Part shown: in pieces, positions 36,317 through 49,438 of the stretch
Layout: each line of letters starts with the position of its first letter
Numbering within the stretch: the stretch's first letter is position 1
Assembly: GCA_002633005.1 (NCBI GenBank)
Contig: NMRA01000119.1
Coordinates: 770,228 to 834,227, forward strand
Reading direction: 5' to 3'
From: Phoronis australis
Taxonomy: Eukaryota > Animalia > Phoronida
Length of the DNA stretch: 64,000 bases
The notes under the pieces: model-generated
Seen by the model: the letters and a program-made list of their open reading frames with translations, nothing else
The model's database searches: none
Told to the model about the DNA's origin: nothing
Made by a program: the position numbers and the translations under genes

Positions 36317-39300
36317 AATGGGGTTGCACGGGGGGCGTCCGGACCACCTTCTTCTGAATAGCGAGTGGTTCTGTAACGTAGAGTTCATATAGCTTAGACT
36401 TTAGCTGCCGTGATGACGTTGACCACTCGGGTCAAGCCCAGCCGAATACCGAACAGCAACTGGGTGAGGAGGGAGAAGAAACATGAAAAAACGTGGTTTA
36501 TGAGCCGACGCGTTTCAGGTCACACCCTCCTTTCCAACGGATTTCGGGCGGGAGAAAGAATAAATTAATAAAATAATTAGTACGACTCGCTTTTGTTATG
36601 AGGTTATGCACGTAATTCAGTAAAAAATATCGAGAAAACTTGATCCCATCGCAGATCTAAAAACGTCTCTATTGCTTTGAAAATGACTATGTTGTGGTTG
36701 CCCCAGTTTTGATACTTGTTTAACATTTGTAAGGCAATATTTTGATGAAAATCCCTTTCCAAGGGGCTTTTTCTTTAGAAAACTATTAGAGCAAAACGTT
36801 TGCTCTTTTCAGCTGACCTCGGAAGCGGCATTGAGCCACCGGAGCATCAGAGGATGCTCGATTCTATTTGCACCAACGTAACCTTATGTCTTGAGTAATC
36901 GAACAATGAATCAACAGTCAGCATGAACGCTTATTACTGCTTGAAAGTTAACGCGCGCCTCCTATCTCCAAGCGTCGTCTCACAAAGCCATCATGTGGTT
37001 AATAATGGGACCGAACGACACACCTTCGACAAGAACAGTGAGCTCACTGTACAACATTATCGTCCAACTCAAGTCCTGGTGGTCGAAGTTTTAGAACGAC
37101 TGAGTCAGATTGTGCTATTCTTCGTCCTGAACCTGAGTACTGACCCTAGGGTTGCCCCTATAGTGAGATATTCTAATGTTGTTTATGAGACCAAATAAAA
37201 ACTTTAAAGTTTAACGCTGAAAAAAGAACAATGAATAGAAAAACACGATACCTTGACCTAAACACGACGTTGACATCAAGAGAACTATCCAAACGGCTTG
37301 GAGCAAAAAGGGTCGATGCCGACCCATGATATCACTTATGGTGCTCCTATGCTAAATTTCGTGTAGAAAGTACCACGTGAAATGACAGGAAAAGGCCGGC
37401 CACACCTGAAGTTTTCATTCAGGTAAAATTGGAACAGTCGAATATTTTGTAGGGGTGCATGGGACATTTTATCACTGGAGACTTGAGATCGGTTTCAAAG
37501 AAAAGTGGTGGGCGGTATGCCAAATATGACTGTCTAGTAAAATACCTTTTATTCATTCAAAATCGTTGTCTGGCTTTTCATTGGGGGTTTTGAGACATCC
37601 ACCAGCGAAGACCGTGGTGGTGGCTTTCCGTGGTTAAAAGCCCATTCACTGCGACCGATCAAAATGTTGTCTTTACTCTGACAACAATGCCAATGGTTAT
37701 TAGGTCGAAAATATTTCACACGATGTCTCAATAGACGATGCTCTGGGGACATATCGTATGTAACAACACGGTAACCGTAAGTAAGCAGCGTAATTGGTAC
37801 CTGAGGACTGGTATTACAGTTGTCATAATTTTAAGACTGGTGTCTGCGCTGCCTGGGGCAAGACCCGTGACTCGTAATCAAAACTATGCAGAGATTATGG
37901 GCTAATAAACATGATAACAGCTCAGGCACACAAGTGCGCAATTTGCGATATGAAATCGATGTCGAGTAAAATGTAGTAAAACTGTAACAGGAATTTTCTG
38001 ATTACAAAAGAGAAGTTCGTTGACTAATGTGCTCTGAAGACGCAAGATTCCAAAATGTAATTACAAGAAATTTGTTTTGAGACGAACATATTTAAATACC
38101 AACCCGGCTAATTCAGTCAAGTGTTTGTGTTTTTTCCGAAAAACGTAGTTATCCGGAAGAATTCAATAGAAAATGAGGACTGACGTGTCTCGTTGTTTTA
38201 TGCGAATAAAATGCTTATCGTATTTTAAAGAGGCATGGAACGCAAAAGATCGTCAAAATATCTTTTAAACAATAAGGACGAAAGTACCATCTCGCAACGT
38301 CTAGTATAGAGTAATTCACGTCCCAGAAATTTCCAGAAAAAAATCATGATTTTTGAAATATGTGCGAAAGAAAAACTCTGTGGTTACCGCAAAGTTTCAA
38401 ACCTCCCTCCCACTTATGATAAATGCGCGTATGCACTCACAATCAGTTGCTTGAAGTCGATTGAGGTCAAATGTCACATTTTCCATATAAGGGAAATGTG
38501 GTACGTCTATGTCTTGCCGTATCAAATAAGGAGACACGCTTTAGCTTGGGGAGAACAATCGGCGAACTGGCGAACAGTTGACACATCGTTTTTTTTGAAA
38601 TGTAAAATTAAAAGAAAGTACTTTGATATGAACAGAAATTAATTATCTTTACGAACAGACCCTAAAAATACCTGGTGAGCAGTTTTAATTCTGTTTCAGT
38701 GGCAGAGAACCAATTTCAATAATGCATTTCAGTCTGTTTATCGCGTTCCAGGCCTCCTTAACTTCATCTAGATTTTAGAGTCTGAAACAGTTTTATTTGT
38801 TTATTTACGTCAGTGATTTTAGTTGTTAAAGCAACAATTATCATTTGCGAACATGCATTTTCTCTCGCGGTGCCAACTGCCACATTTTTTTAATATACAG
38901 GTTTAGTCTAAGTAAAGAATTGCCTCCCAAAAATGGTATGGGGGTATGGGATAAAACATCTACAATTTCTGTTGAGGGATTTTTCACCGCAACTTTGTCG
39001 ACTTTAGTTACATGTTGGTATATAATATATTTTAATGTTTTATTAATGACTACTTCGAAGTCCGTTAGGCGAGTAGAAGTTAGATGACCAAGTTACGTGG
39101 AACGTTGTTGATGCGATATTGAAGTTTAGGAGCGCGGGACTGGGGATTGATGCCTCGTACATGCCGTCCGCATTACGAGTTATCCTAGAACGAACTGTCC
39201 TTAGGTTTAGAACTAGAGTGGACGCAAATTGCTCTTGGGCAATTTAACACACATTTACTTCCATCTTATCGAGGTAGCGTAACTTGTTCTAGGGTAACTT

Positions 39301-40265
39301 GCCCCAGCGCAAGACGTATCGTGAACGCAAACCTACAGACCAGGTAGAAGAAATTACCAGCTGTGCTTTAGAGGTGTATAATCATTTTTGCATGATAACT
39401 GTCGGGTGGTGTACTGTGTGTGTAATGTGAATGCGTGGCTGTATGGGGTATCTTGCTCTGCGGCACTAATGGAACACAAACAGTGTACTCAATCCCACAA
39501 TTCACCTCTCCAAACCCGCCCATCAACCACTTCCGTGGGCGGATTTGTGCAAGGCAAAGTACAGCCAAGTTCCTGACGTTATTGACTTTCATGTTTGGAA
39601 AGTCACGTGAGTTGGTTAGCTTTTCGTAATTAAAACGACTGTGGAGAGAACATGACGCAACTTTTGTTTGTTATTTTGTTTTCATTTTGAACACAATGAG
39701 TAAGGGTAATAGTATCTTATAAGCAGTAGAAGCCGAAGACAAGTGAACAGCTTGCAGGATAAGGTTTCTATCAGTGCTGCGCATTTGCTACGATTAAGTA
39801 ACATAAACGAAGTATACGCGGAGAGTGAATTAGTAAGGGTGTTGCCGTTCCAGCGGGCGGACAACAACGTAGAATAAAAGCACTAGGCTATTATTGTGAA
39901 CGTAGGGAACCAATTGGTGCCCTTGATGGTAGGCCCAGCCTACGTAGCTAAGTTACTCGTCGTTCTTGTGACCAATCATGATCCAGAATAAATCGGAACG
40001 GTCTAGTCTTTGCTAGCAACTGGTTTGTCTCTTCAGTGACCGCCATTTGTAAGGATTGGCGAGCATACTCGCGCAACACTCACTTTTCACTCGCGAGACT
40101 TTGCGAGGACTTGCAAGATCTTGCTTCTCGATCGCGAGAAACTAGACCTGCGGAAGCCTCTCAAGTTACCCGTTTACTCAGTTATTAATCCCTTGTGCTC
40201 CATATTTGTCTTTAGGTATAGGGTGTGTAGTGTGGATGCTTAGCTGACCTAAAGCAAGCTGTTCT

Positions 40266-40332
40266 CATTGGCGGCGCAGCACTGAAATAGGTGGCGGCCA
40301 TAGCCCTGTGCCCCTATGGTGCGCCGCTCATG
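40266..40332. mobile_element. Mini-MITE family D
   Basis: TSD gttct on both sides. Confidence 0.78.
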
Positions 40333-42799
40333 GTTCTAAGGCAACTTGTAGTGTGGGTATGGCTTAGTGCTCCGGGACTTAGTTTTAGAAGATCGTAGCC
40401 GTGGAGTCGGTTTCAATTACCCTCTCACCGTCGTTACCGGTTTAAAGTCCGCCGAATCTTTCCCGGTTAGCTGCTTTTCTGTTTGCAGCTGCCACGTCGA
40501 ATATTTGGAAAGGTTTTGAGGAGTCCGGGCGCTTTTTTGATTGGGCACGGTATTAAGACCAGTTGAACCAATTTTTGAAGTCTCTCTATAACTGGGTTTT
40601 GATTTACTTTCGATAATATTGTTTTTGTTCCACTAATTCACGTATAGCAGAAACAAGGGAGTACAGGCAGGTCCACTAAGCTACGTTCCCTGTAGAAAAA
40701 CAAGACACCATTGTAGGCGACTTATGAATGACATGCCGTCATTTTACTAACGGGTAGCTGCTTGCAGAATTCAATATCACTCAATGTAATCTGTAGAAGT
40801 TTCACACCGTCAGTGATGATAATTATCACTGAGAATCTGCTCACAATATTGCTCATATTCTGTTTGAAATAACTGAAATCCTTGAAAACGTCAGGTCCAT
40901 ATCGCCGGGGCCGAAATTCTCCTGCATGCTCACCGGTGACCAACATGTGACAACGGGACGCCGCGGAAGTTTCGGTTGGTTTTATTTTGAATTATGGGTA
41001 CTGTTTGACATCTAAATCCATTTATTTCCACTTTTTGATATTCGTTTTTAGTTGCACAGTTTCAACGTGTTCGTGAGAATCAAGAGTTTTATAGGTGCTT
41101 GCTGTCGCCATGTTTTCCAGATTAGGATTTTTATGAGTTGTTCATCTGCTAGTCTCCTGGTAGCGCGTATTCACTCAGTTTATGTGATCATACACCAACA
41201 TCTTGGCTTTCAAAATTGTCAATACTTATGTTTCTCATTACTTTTCTGATTTACGATCACGTGAATGTATGAATTTATTTTGTTGACAGAGTGACATTTT
41301 TCCCGCTTTGCTTTTCTGTAGGTAAAACGAGTCCACGGTTCATGTTTACTGCTTTTAAATCTAACTTTAAATAAGGATTGACTTGAATTGTTTTAAAAAG
41401 GTTTGGATTAACTAGCAAAGATGTATGGTAAACGTTTAAATATTTTGGACACTGTGGGCGTGAGGGCGTACTTTTAAGATTATGCAACGTGACGACACTT
41501 ATCTTAAACACTATTTAATGACAAACAAAACTGTGAGTACAAATGACTTAACAACATTTGCTACTTGAGTGGCTGGTGACTGGGATGGGAGAGTCCCATT
41601 AGTTAAATTCCAATTGCATTATTTGAATAAACTTCAGCGTTGATATCAATGTGATTCGACTGAAACTCATGTAAAGACAACAGCGAGAATTGACGATTTT
41701 TAATGATATCAGAAATCCAGAACAGATTTTGTTATTTTGTAGCTCTGGTCAAAGCTATTAACTGCAAAACAACTGCACCTTCCAACAATAATACCAAAAA
41801 AGATTTTTGTACGTGATACATCGAAACGAACTATGATCTTTGATCCAGATACAAATACCCTCAAAGCCGCATGTCCTTGCTTAATCTTACAACAATCACT
41901 GATCAATTTTCCTCAATTTTTCTTACAGAATGCAGGGAAGCGAGGCTTTGGCGATTTTTTGTACCCGGACAAAAGGTCATGGTTCGCTATGATGTATTAA
42001 AGACGAAAAATTCGGTTTAATATAAATTTTAGCCGCCTTTTTCGCCAAACTCGGCTCCATCAAGTATAGCTACACTTCAATTTTAAAAAATTTCCTCATG
42101 AGTCGCAATAGACATTTTGGCTATTGTTAAATGGAGAGTTAGATTAAATTGTTTTTCGAACTATGTGGATTATATACTGGTTAACAGTGTTCAGAAACGA
42201 AATGCTACTGTTAAAATACTTACGCTCAAATCGTTTCGCTATCAGATTAATGCAGAATTACATAATCGGTGTTATCTTAATCTCCCCAGAAATCCCATAC
42301 GGTAAATGGACAATACTGGTCCCACCCAATCATTTGGCGTATTATTTCTGTTGAAAGACAGAAAATCTGCTCCGAATATAAAAGCATGTTCTGAGCAAGT
42401 TGCGTACTTTGAACCCAATGGCAGAATTTTTTTGAATCAGAATCAACTGTGGCGGTAGTCACCAGGTGGCGAGACGGTCTCGCCCTCAAGTTGGCTTACC
42501 AGCAACTACCCGCTAACAACTGTCGTGGGCAGTCAGGTACGGTCAAAAGTAGTTCGGCAAAGACACAATTGAATATTTTGCGTGAAAGGGAAGCAGAAGA
42601 AATGAAGCCCAGTCAAACTTGGACACTTGGTCTTGCTTTTGATGTCCGCTATTACAAAATGTCATGCGTTTTCGTCTGAAGATTAAAACGTACCTAATGT
42701 GATTGCACGTGGAAATAATCAATAAGGTAATACACGCTATTGTTACGTAACGGAAGTAAATGACCGCAGCGCCTGCCGGGTGCAAGTGATACCTGCCCG

Positions 42800-42943
42800 G
42801 TTCAGTAACGCTAGGACCTAGCTAAAAAGCAAGACTTCAGGAGATTACGTGAGATATTGCCATGTATTTTGAATTAGAACACGTGACTTTGACTAGATTT
42901 TAGCTAGGTCCTAGCGTAGGTCCTAGCCTTACTGGACGCACGC
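42800..42943. mobile_element. MITE family A copy
   Basis: Reverse-complement match to 8860-9010. Confidence 0.8.
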
Positions 42944-45513
42944 TTGTTGTTGAATTCTGGCTTCTCGTTTGTTAAGTGCTGGGACATGTTTTTCAAAAAG
43001 TTTATTACGGATGATTTAAACCTGTTTAACAGAAAATCTCTGTTTAACTCGAAGACAAAATGAGCAGTCTGTTCGAATACACAGCAGGCACAACGTTTGG
43101 AGAAACGCAAATTTAAAGACTAGTTTTTTTTGCAAAGCCTTGACTCTCGCGAAACATTAACGTCGAGAAATCTTCGCTTATGGAACGGAAACAGTGAATT
43201 TTGTCCCACAATTCAAAATGCCGACATTACCTACCAATCAGTGACCGCCATTTTGCTAGGATGCGCTAGTAATGATACATTGGTCCCATCGATTGATAGC
43301 TATCTCCGATGTCCGCATAAGCAGTTGATTTTTCTTCGGGTCAGTCGTAGCGTTTGGTGATTTTTATGCCAAAACTACCTTGTGCTCTCTACAGTCGTCC
43401 GAGTATCGGCTGAAATGGCCATTTTTCAGCAACAAACTTATTGGATCGGCGTCGAATATGGCTTATTATGTGTTGCAAATTCACTGTTCTCAACATTTAT
43501 GTTTGATAAGGTTACTTTTTTATCCCATACGCGTTGAATCAGTCGAGTGCAATACGGCCATGTGGTGTTGTTTTCCGTATTCACCTCTCGCACTACTTCA
43601 ACAGAGACCTCTGACATGAATGTTCAAACGGCAATGGACGATATTTCGTAAGTCCGCTCAAAAACAACCGCGACAAAAAACCGTTTGAAATGAAAATTGA
43701 AAATTATTGGCGCGTCAAGTAGAAAGTAAGTATCGAATGTAACATTAGCAGGTATTGTTAAAATGTCACGTAGGTGAGGGCAACGAAGCACAAAAAGTTA
43801 CCACGGGGACGTTCTTTAAGAGTCAAATGGAAATTTGGTGTATGTCACCCAGAAGCATATGAGTTACTGCAGTTGCGTAAATCATGATTACAAATCGACA
43901 TTCTTACTCAAAGGAACGTCCCAAGCCCGAGGGCAGAGTGTTTTTCTACATTTTGAACTTCGAATTGCGCTGAACAGGTGACAGATCACTTCGACAGTTG
44001 TCTGGGAAACCCCCGCCCAGGAACAGCCCTCGAAAATTATCGGTTATCGGATGAATTTACGAGTTAAAGAAGTGGCAGAAATGATGTTTCGTTTGAGTCC
44101 TTGTTATCCTCAGTCTGTCAAAAAAATCAGAATTTATGCTCAATCCATCGACTTAGTCTGCTCGTGTTGCAGAAGCCGCAAGCCATAAAATCAATTCTCA
44201 ATAGATCGAGTTGCATTCTTATACATTTCTCAATATCAACCAAATGGAATTTATGGATGTTCATTGACCAACACATATGGAATGTTCCAGTATTACTTCT
44301 TTTTGTTACTTAAGGAGAAGTCGTGCTACTTGATCATTTCTTAACACAGGAAAGATTGTTGTATCGCGCCAAATTTGAAAGGAAGCGAATTGCAACCTTT
44401 ACAAATATCAGGTTTGCCTGGATATTTCATGATGGGCCTTTGAAACAAGATTGTCTCCAAAAGAGGTCTCAGCGGGTCTATATTTCGAATATAGCTATCA
44501 GTCGGTCCGTGGTCTTGCATTTGGGGCGCCCATCGGACATTTGTGGTAGTATTGAATTCGTACGGAGCAAACAAACGTTGGTGCAACTAAAGAACCGTTT
44601 TTCTTCAAAACTCCGATTCCAAATTATTAGTATGCCTACTGCTTGGAACGCTACAATAGGCCATATCTCGCGAGAGTACAGCGATATTAAGTTCCACCAG
44701 TGTCCAGCCATTCAAATCATTAAGCCATTCGTCAAGAATGGAGCAGGACGCTCACGAAGGCTTAAGGATTTTTAGTAAGTACCATAGTTCAGATGAAAAG
44801 ATTTCATTTCTTTGATTATGAACTTTCCTGGATGGAAAAAGATTTACATTAGAAGTAACTAACTTTGAATGGCATCAACACTGCGCGCATCTGATATGGC
44901 TGCATAAAGATTAATACTCGATTGATAACTACTGTCGTATGTCAAGGTTCCATTGTTGACTTAGACTGACGTCGTGCAGCAGTCAAATTTATCCAAGGGG
45001 AACGTTTTTATTTCTGTTCTGTCCTGTCCTGTTGTCGCTATCTTCAAAATACATTTCAAATGACACCAGAAAATGGCTTTCGCTTTTGATTAGCCTGAAA
45101 CGTTCGCTTAGTTTATAAATACCGTTCAGGAACTGTAACTCCCACGCACCATTATATCACGCTGACTTCCCAAAATTTCCGACAGAGTGTTGTAATTCTG
45201 ACTTTTCTCTTTTAAAAATAGTGTCACGGACATGAGCTTTCAGTTGGATTGAACTAACCCCTGAAAGTGGAGAGGGATTGTGGGTTCGAGTAGGTGATCT
45301 TGGTGATTTGAAATGTGTGGTATACGTCAGAGAAACTTGAACGATATCATAGTCATAATCAGTCATGTACCGTTTCAAGTTTAATTGCGTAGCATTTAAT
45401 GTTTTATTGGTGACAGAAAACTAAAGGATTTTCCGTTGCGATTAAAGAGTTGGCATCAAGAATTTAGCACAAGGTTCATTTTTTGTCCCAAAGCGTTCTT
45501 GTTTCAACCGTTT

Positions 45514-46578
45514 TTACAACTGATCGTCTGTCACGGTGGCATCTTCGTCAGTAATTAACAGTTCGTTTTTCTTCCAAAAGCACGTGGATTTGAACAAGGC
45601 GAACATCTCAGGCCGAAAGTTCTGCGACGCCAAAAGATACACTACAAGGAAACAAGAATGGTTGAACATAATCAGGAAGTCTCCGATGAACTCGTTAAGA
45701 ATGAACTCTTCGACGACGCTTACCGGACATTGAGAGTAAGCTTCCATAGCATAGCATATGGTTTGTGGTAGTGTACAAAACAAGCATATCGACGAGATGC
45801 CGTTGAGGGTGATTACCGTAACTTGCGGGTGTGTTTGATTTTCAATGTCTTGTGAAGCATTGCCGTCTTGAGTGCGGCGGCATATGTCTCGATACGCTTC
45901 AGCAGGGTTACAACATTTTTCCCATATCAAGATCACCACACCAGACAAAGTAACGAAAACAAATGGGAAGATGGAGTAAATAACAGCGTGAACCCACGCG
46001 ATACCATAAAGGATGGGATATGTGTCGTAGTCGTACTGACATTCGTTCTTGTACACAGCGACTGTCCAAAAGTTATGAAGACTGAACCCCGACAGAAGTC
46101 CTACAAGACCGAACATGACGCCAAGTGACTTCCTTGGTTTTAGCCACGTCTGTGTCCGCTGGTGATTTGGAAACATCAAGCAGACTATGTTTTCCACCGT
46201 TATCACGATGAGCAGAGATGACGACGAAAACTTTGCCGTGCTGTCCAAAAACCGAAAAAAGCGACATTGCGTCACGTTGACACCCGTTAAGTACTGCATG
46301 ACGCGACTGGCCAGACACGTTACAAGAACAGTACTGTTGAATATTCCAATGCCAATCAAGTACAAATAGGAAGATCTTGCCTTATGACGTTGCCTTCGGA
46401 CCAGAACAAGGATGCCTAACAGGTTGTTGACTGCACCTATGATTACGAATAACACTCCAAAAATGAGAGTGAAATCTGTCACAAGCTCTCCAAGATACAT
46501 GTTCTTGCTGTCAAGGACAGTCAGATTTTGTTGCTGGTTCAGGCCCCAAGGACGAGGCAGGTAAGTCAGGTTCTTCAT
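45514..46578 (-). CDS. Class A (rhodopsin-like) orphan GPCR, FMRFamide/peptide-receptor-like; single coding exon
   Basis: Seven hydrophobic segments, N-terminal NLT sequons, GAVNNLL in TM1, Cys at start of TM3 and in ECL2 (NECQY), TM5 YSIFPF, TM6 CTLP, helix 8 SQNFR; acceptor catttccag at 46602 makes MKNLT (46578) the likely start rather than 46623. Confidence 0.85.
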   Translation of the reverse strand: MKNLTYLPRPWGLNQQQNLTVLDSKNMYLGELVTDFTLIFGVLFVIIGAVNNLLGILVLVRRQRHKARSSYLYLIGIGIFNSTVLVTCLASRVMQYLTGVNVTQCRFFRFLDSTAKFSSSSLLIVITVENIVCLMFPNHQRTQTWLKPRKSLGVMFGLVGLLSGFSLHNFWTVAVYKNECQYDYDTYPILYGIAWVHAVIYSIFPFVFVTLSGVVILIWEKCCNPAEAYRDICRRTQDGNASQDIENQTHPQVTVITLNGISSICLFCTLPQTICYAMEAYSQCPVSVVEEFILNEFIGDFLIMFNHSCFLVVYLLASQNFRPEMFALFKSTCFWKKNELLITDEDATVTDDQL

Positions 46579-47700
46579 TTTGGCAGCTGTGGTGAAGAAC
46601 TCTGGAAATGAAATATGGGTCATTACTAGAAGTGCAAATCAACATACGTGTGATAGTGACGTGCTATAAAAGCTTTGAGGAATCCAGTTGGGGTAACAAA
46701 ATGGCCAAGCTGAATTACGTCGCTAATTCAAGTAAGCGAATTTTTCTGTATTTAGTGTAGTGCTATATTTTATGTCGTATGATTTAAAATTTTAAAAATG
46801 TACTTTTTGCAGGGATTGGACCTGGTTATGTATTGGTTTATGCCGCTTCTTATCCATGCTTGTAAATCGTATGCGTTGTTGGAGGACAAAGAGTTTGGCA
46901 AGTTACCCGGCGGGACTGTAGCATTCAACGTAACACAGGTCAGATGTGGAAAGTTTCATTGGTAGACTGTTTATGTTATTTATTCTATGACATAGTTTTG
47001 ACAAAAGTGTAAAGATACACCATGTGGTTTCCTTGCTTCAGATCCGTTGTATTGACAGACATTTTCACAAGTAACCGAGTGTAACAATAAACTTGATTTT
47101 TATTACTGTTGCAATGCTTTTGACCTGGTTAGGAATTAGGATACTTGATAAATTCTATTTATAAATAGTATGTTAGGGTAAATGAGAATTCACTCGACGA
47201 TATTACACATCTTTAGTAACAGTTTGAGTAAATTATGTCTTCTTTGTCTTCTTTTAGTGACATCGTCCTTTGCTTGGTCGACCATCTTGTGGTCTCGAGT
47301 GTCATTAGATTGGTTACGTGTAAATTACGTTTATTTGTAAATTGGTTATGTATATGTGGAATTGTCTCTACACTTGCGTTTCACGGTTGTTTAAGCTGTG
47401 TACTTTGATTGTGCGTCATTGACGTAATTGTTGTAGGTCTAATTGTAATCTTTTGACTAGACAAAAACTTTTTAGATGGCGAGTTGCAGCCATCATGGTT
47501 ATTGAGATGTTATTAAAGTGATTAATTATATGTAACTTAATGAAGATCAATGATTGCTGTGCCAGGTGTTGCTTCCTTTCTGGAATCGACACGCTAACAT
47601 ATTCGTTTTTGTCACACAGTTGGGACCGTTCACAATTATGGTCGTGCGCTTTTCCAGAAATCACCCCTCTCTCCACCAAAAACGTACAAGAATGGCAATA

Positions 47701-47943
47701 TTTAAACAAATATATTTGCAGACGCTCTGGTACACGTTGTACCAGACGTGTTCGGGACGCTCAGGTAGGCCCATTGCACTGATCGCCTGGAACCAGTTTA
47801 ATGATTGATTAATACATAGTTAAAATGGAGCTGAGGAGTTGGAGACCTGACTCAAGGGTCTAGCAGCGAGCCTCAGTGGGACTCGAACCCACGACCTTTA
47901 GTATAGGAAGCGGACACATATCCGAATAGGTCACACTGCCTCC
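47701..47943 (-). mobile_element. tRNA-derived SINE, second copy
   Basis: Minus strand: GGCAGTGTGACCTATTCGG...GGTTCGAGTCCCACT tRNA-like head, followed by a body shared with the 1.2-kb copy. Confidence 0.78.
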
Positions 47944-49321
47944 TCCATGCGATACGTTTTTGTATCTGTTTAAACAGAAAGAGGCTTTACAGTTCAATGC
48001 CAGTATTGGTTTATACAGTGGCGCGGTGTAAAAATAAATTATGGCGACGTTTCTGCTATTGGTTGTTTCGTGGCATTTTTAAAAAGGATGACTTCTGTTA
48101 TTTGACATCGCCATTTTTATAACGTCAAAAGCGTGCGCTAGCAGTAACTCTCGACACCCTCTCGACCCCCACCCCCACCCCCTCCAAAAAAGCGTTCGGC
48201 CTGTACGCTCGTGAAAATGTTTATAGTTGTGAACAGTCCCTAAATGTACATTGAGGGCAGTTTAGTTAATTTGACTATCACGTTGGAACATTCTGTTTCA
48301 CACAATGATGACTATCAAAGGATTTGATTTTATGCTACGAAGGTCACAGAATGTCGAGTCGTGAAACGAGGCAAATTAACCCTTCTTGTTTTCTGTGGTT
48401 AGAATAGAGCTCGTAAGTGTTATTTGTGGCTTACTGAACCACTTCATTTTTATCTTACCCAGTCTTACTTTGAAGTTGGCTGTTTTAGGCTAACCCATGA
48501 AGAAACAGGTATAACACTTACATTTTACCTGATTTTTAAGTGCTGTCTTTTCAATATTGCACATGTACCTGTCGATGTACCAATGCAACACCAGCACCAA
48601 ACCGGACCAAAGACCTTGCTTCGTCGTGTTTACGAGCACTGCATCACTTACAACTCCGGGGCGATTTCAACATGTTACTCAGAACATGATGCCCTGGTTG
48701 CACAGAGTGTCTAGAAAACTGAACTATAGAAATTTGGAGCAATGACGTAAAACAGAGGCGTTTGTTAATTGTCCACGCAGTTCCTACGTCACCAAATTCG
48801 TTGCAGCTTGAATATCACTGCGCCGACGTCATGAGGGCGCCGATGGCCGACGACAACTGGGCATTGTCGGGAAAATCTAGGACAAACGCATAGCCATCGA
48901 AACCTAGCAAGAACTCAGCCTAACGGAACGCTACTCGGGCAGGTCGAAAGACGTTCTGGCAGTTCTTGCCAACAAATGCGCTTCAGCTACTTGTAGTACT
49001 CGACTGGCGATATCGTGGCGACAAATATTTTGACCAATGAGAACAGCGATAGGAGTCGCGTATGAGACCTGCAGGATTTGTTCTGGTGTGAGACGTGTCA
49101 TGTTTTTACAAAGCACGAAGTATTTCTTAATTTAATAACAAAACGACTGTGTTATAAATAACATCAAATAAATTTAATTTCGCGTCTCCATAATGTTAAC
49201 CAATAGTGCCACAACCAAGCGTTTTTAACTCAAGAAAATAATTTACATCAATCCGCTTGGCGGACGCGCGATCGGTGGATTTCACGATTATAAAATGTCC
49301 AGCAAAAATAGAGTCTTAGCC

Positions 49322-49438
49322 CTAATTAAATTCCAGTTTTCCAGTAATGAAGTTTCCTAGAGCGCACTCGTCCTCTGATGTGTAAAACTGTTTGTTGAGC
49401 TCTCTGAACCTGGTCATGTCAATTCTTGTTTCGCTGTT
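49322..49438 (-). CDS. Calexcitin/SCP-like EF-hand protein, last exon
   Basis: catttcag acceptor; NSETRIDMTRFRELNKQFYTSEDECALGNFITGKLEFN*, resembling the recalled calexcitin/SCP C-terminus (FY.S.D....GNFI.G.L). Confidence 0.85.
   Translation of the reverse strand, partial: NSETRIDMTRFRELNKQFYTSEDECALGNFITGKLEFN

Noticed and set aside
44323-44775. 150-aa plus-strand ORF and overlapping minus ORFs
   Set aside because: No recognisable domain or splice context; lies just downstream of the GPCR and may be UTR or intergenic
45066-45106. cagaaaa-t-ggct...agcc-t-gaaacgtt hammerhead-like motif
   Set aside because: Two core mismatches, an extra base before GAAA and only a 4-bp stem; could arise by chance
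47860-47943. tRNA gene
   Set aside because: A/B boxes present but no clean cloverleaf or terminator, and it continues into a body shared with the 1.2-kb copy, so it is a SINE head
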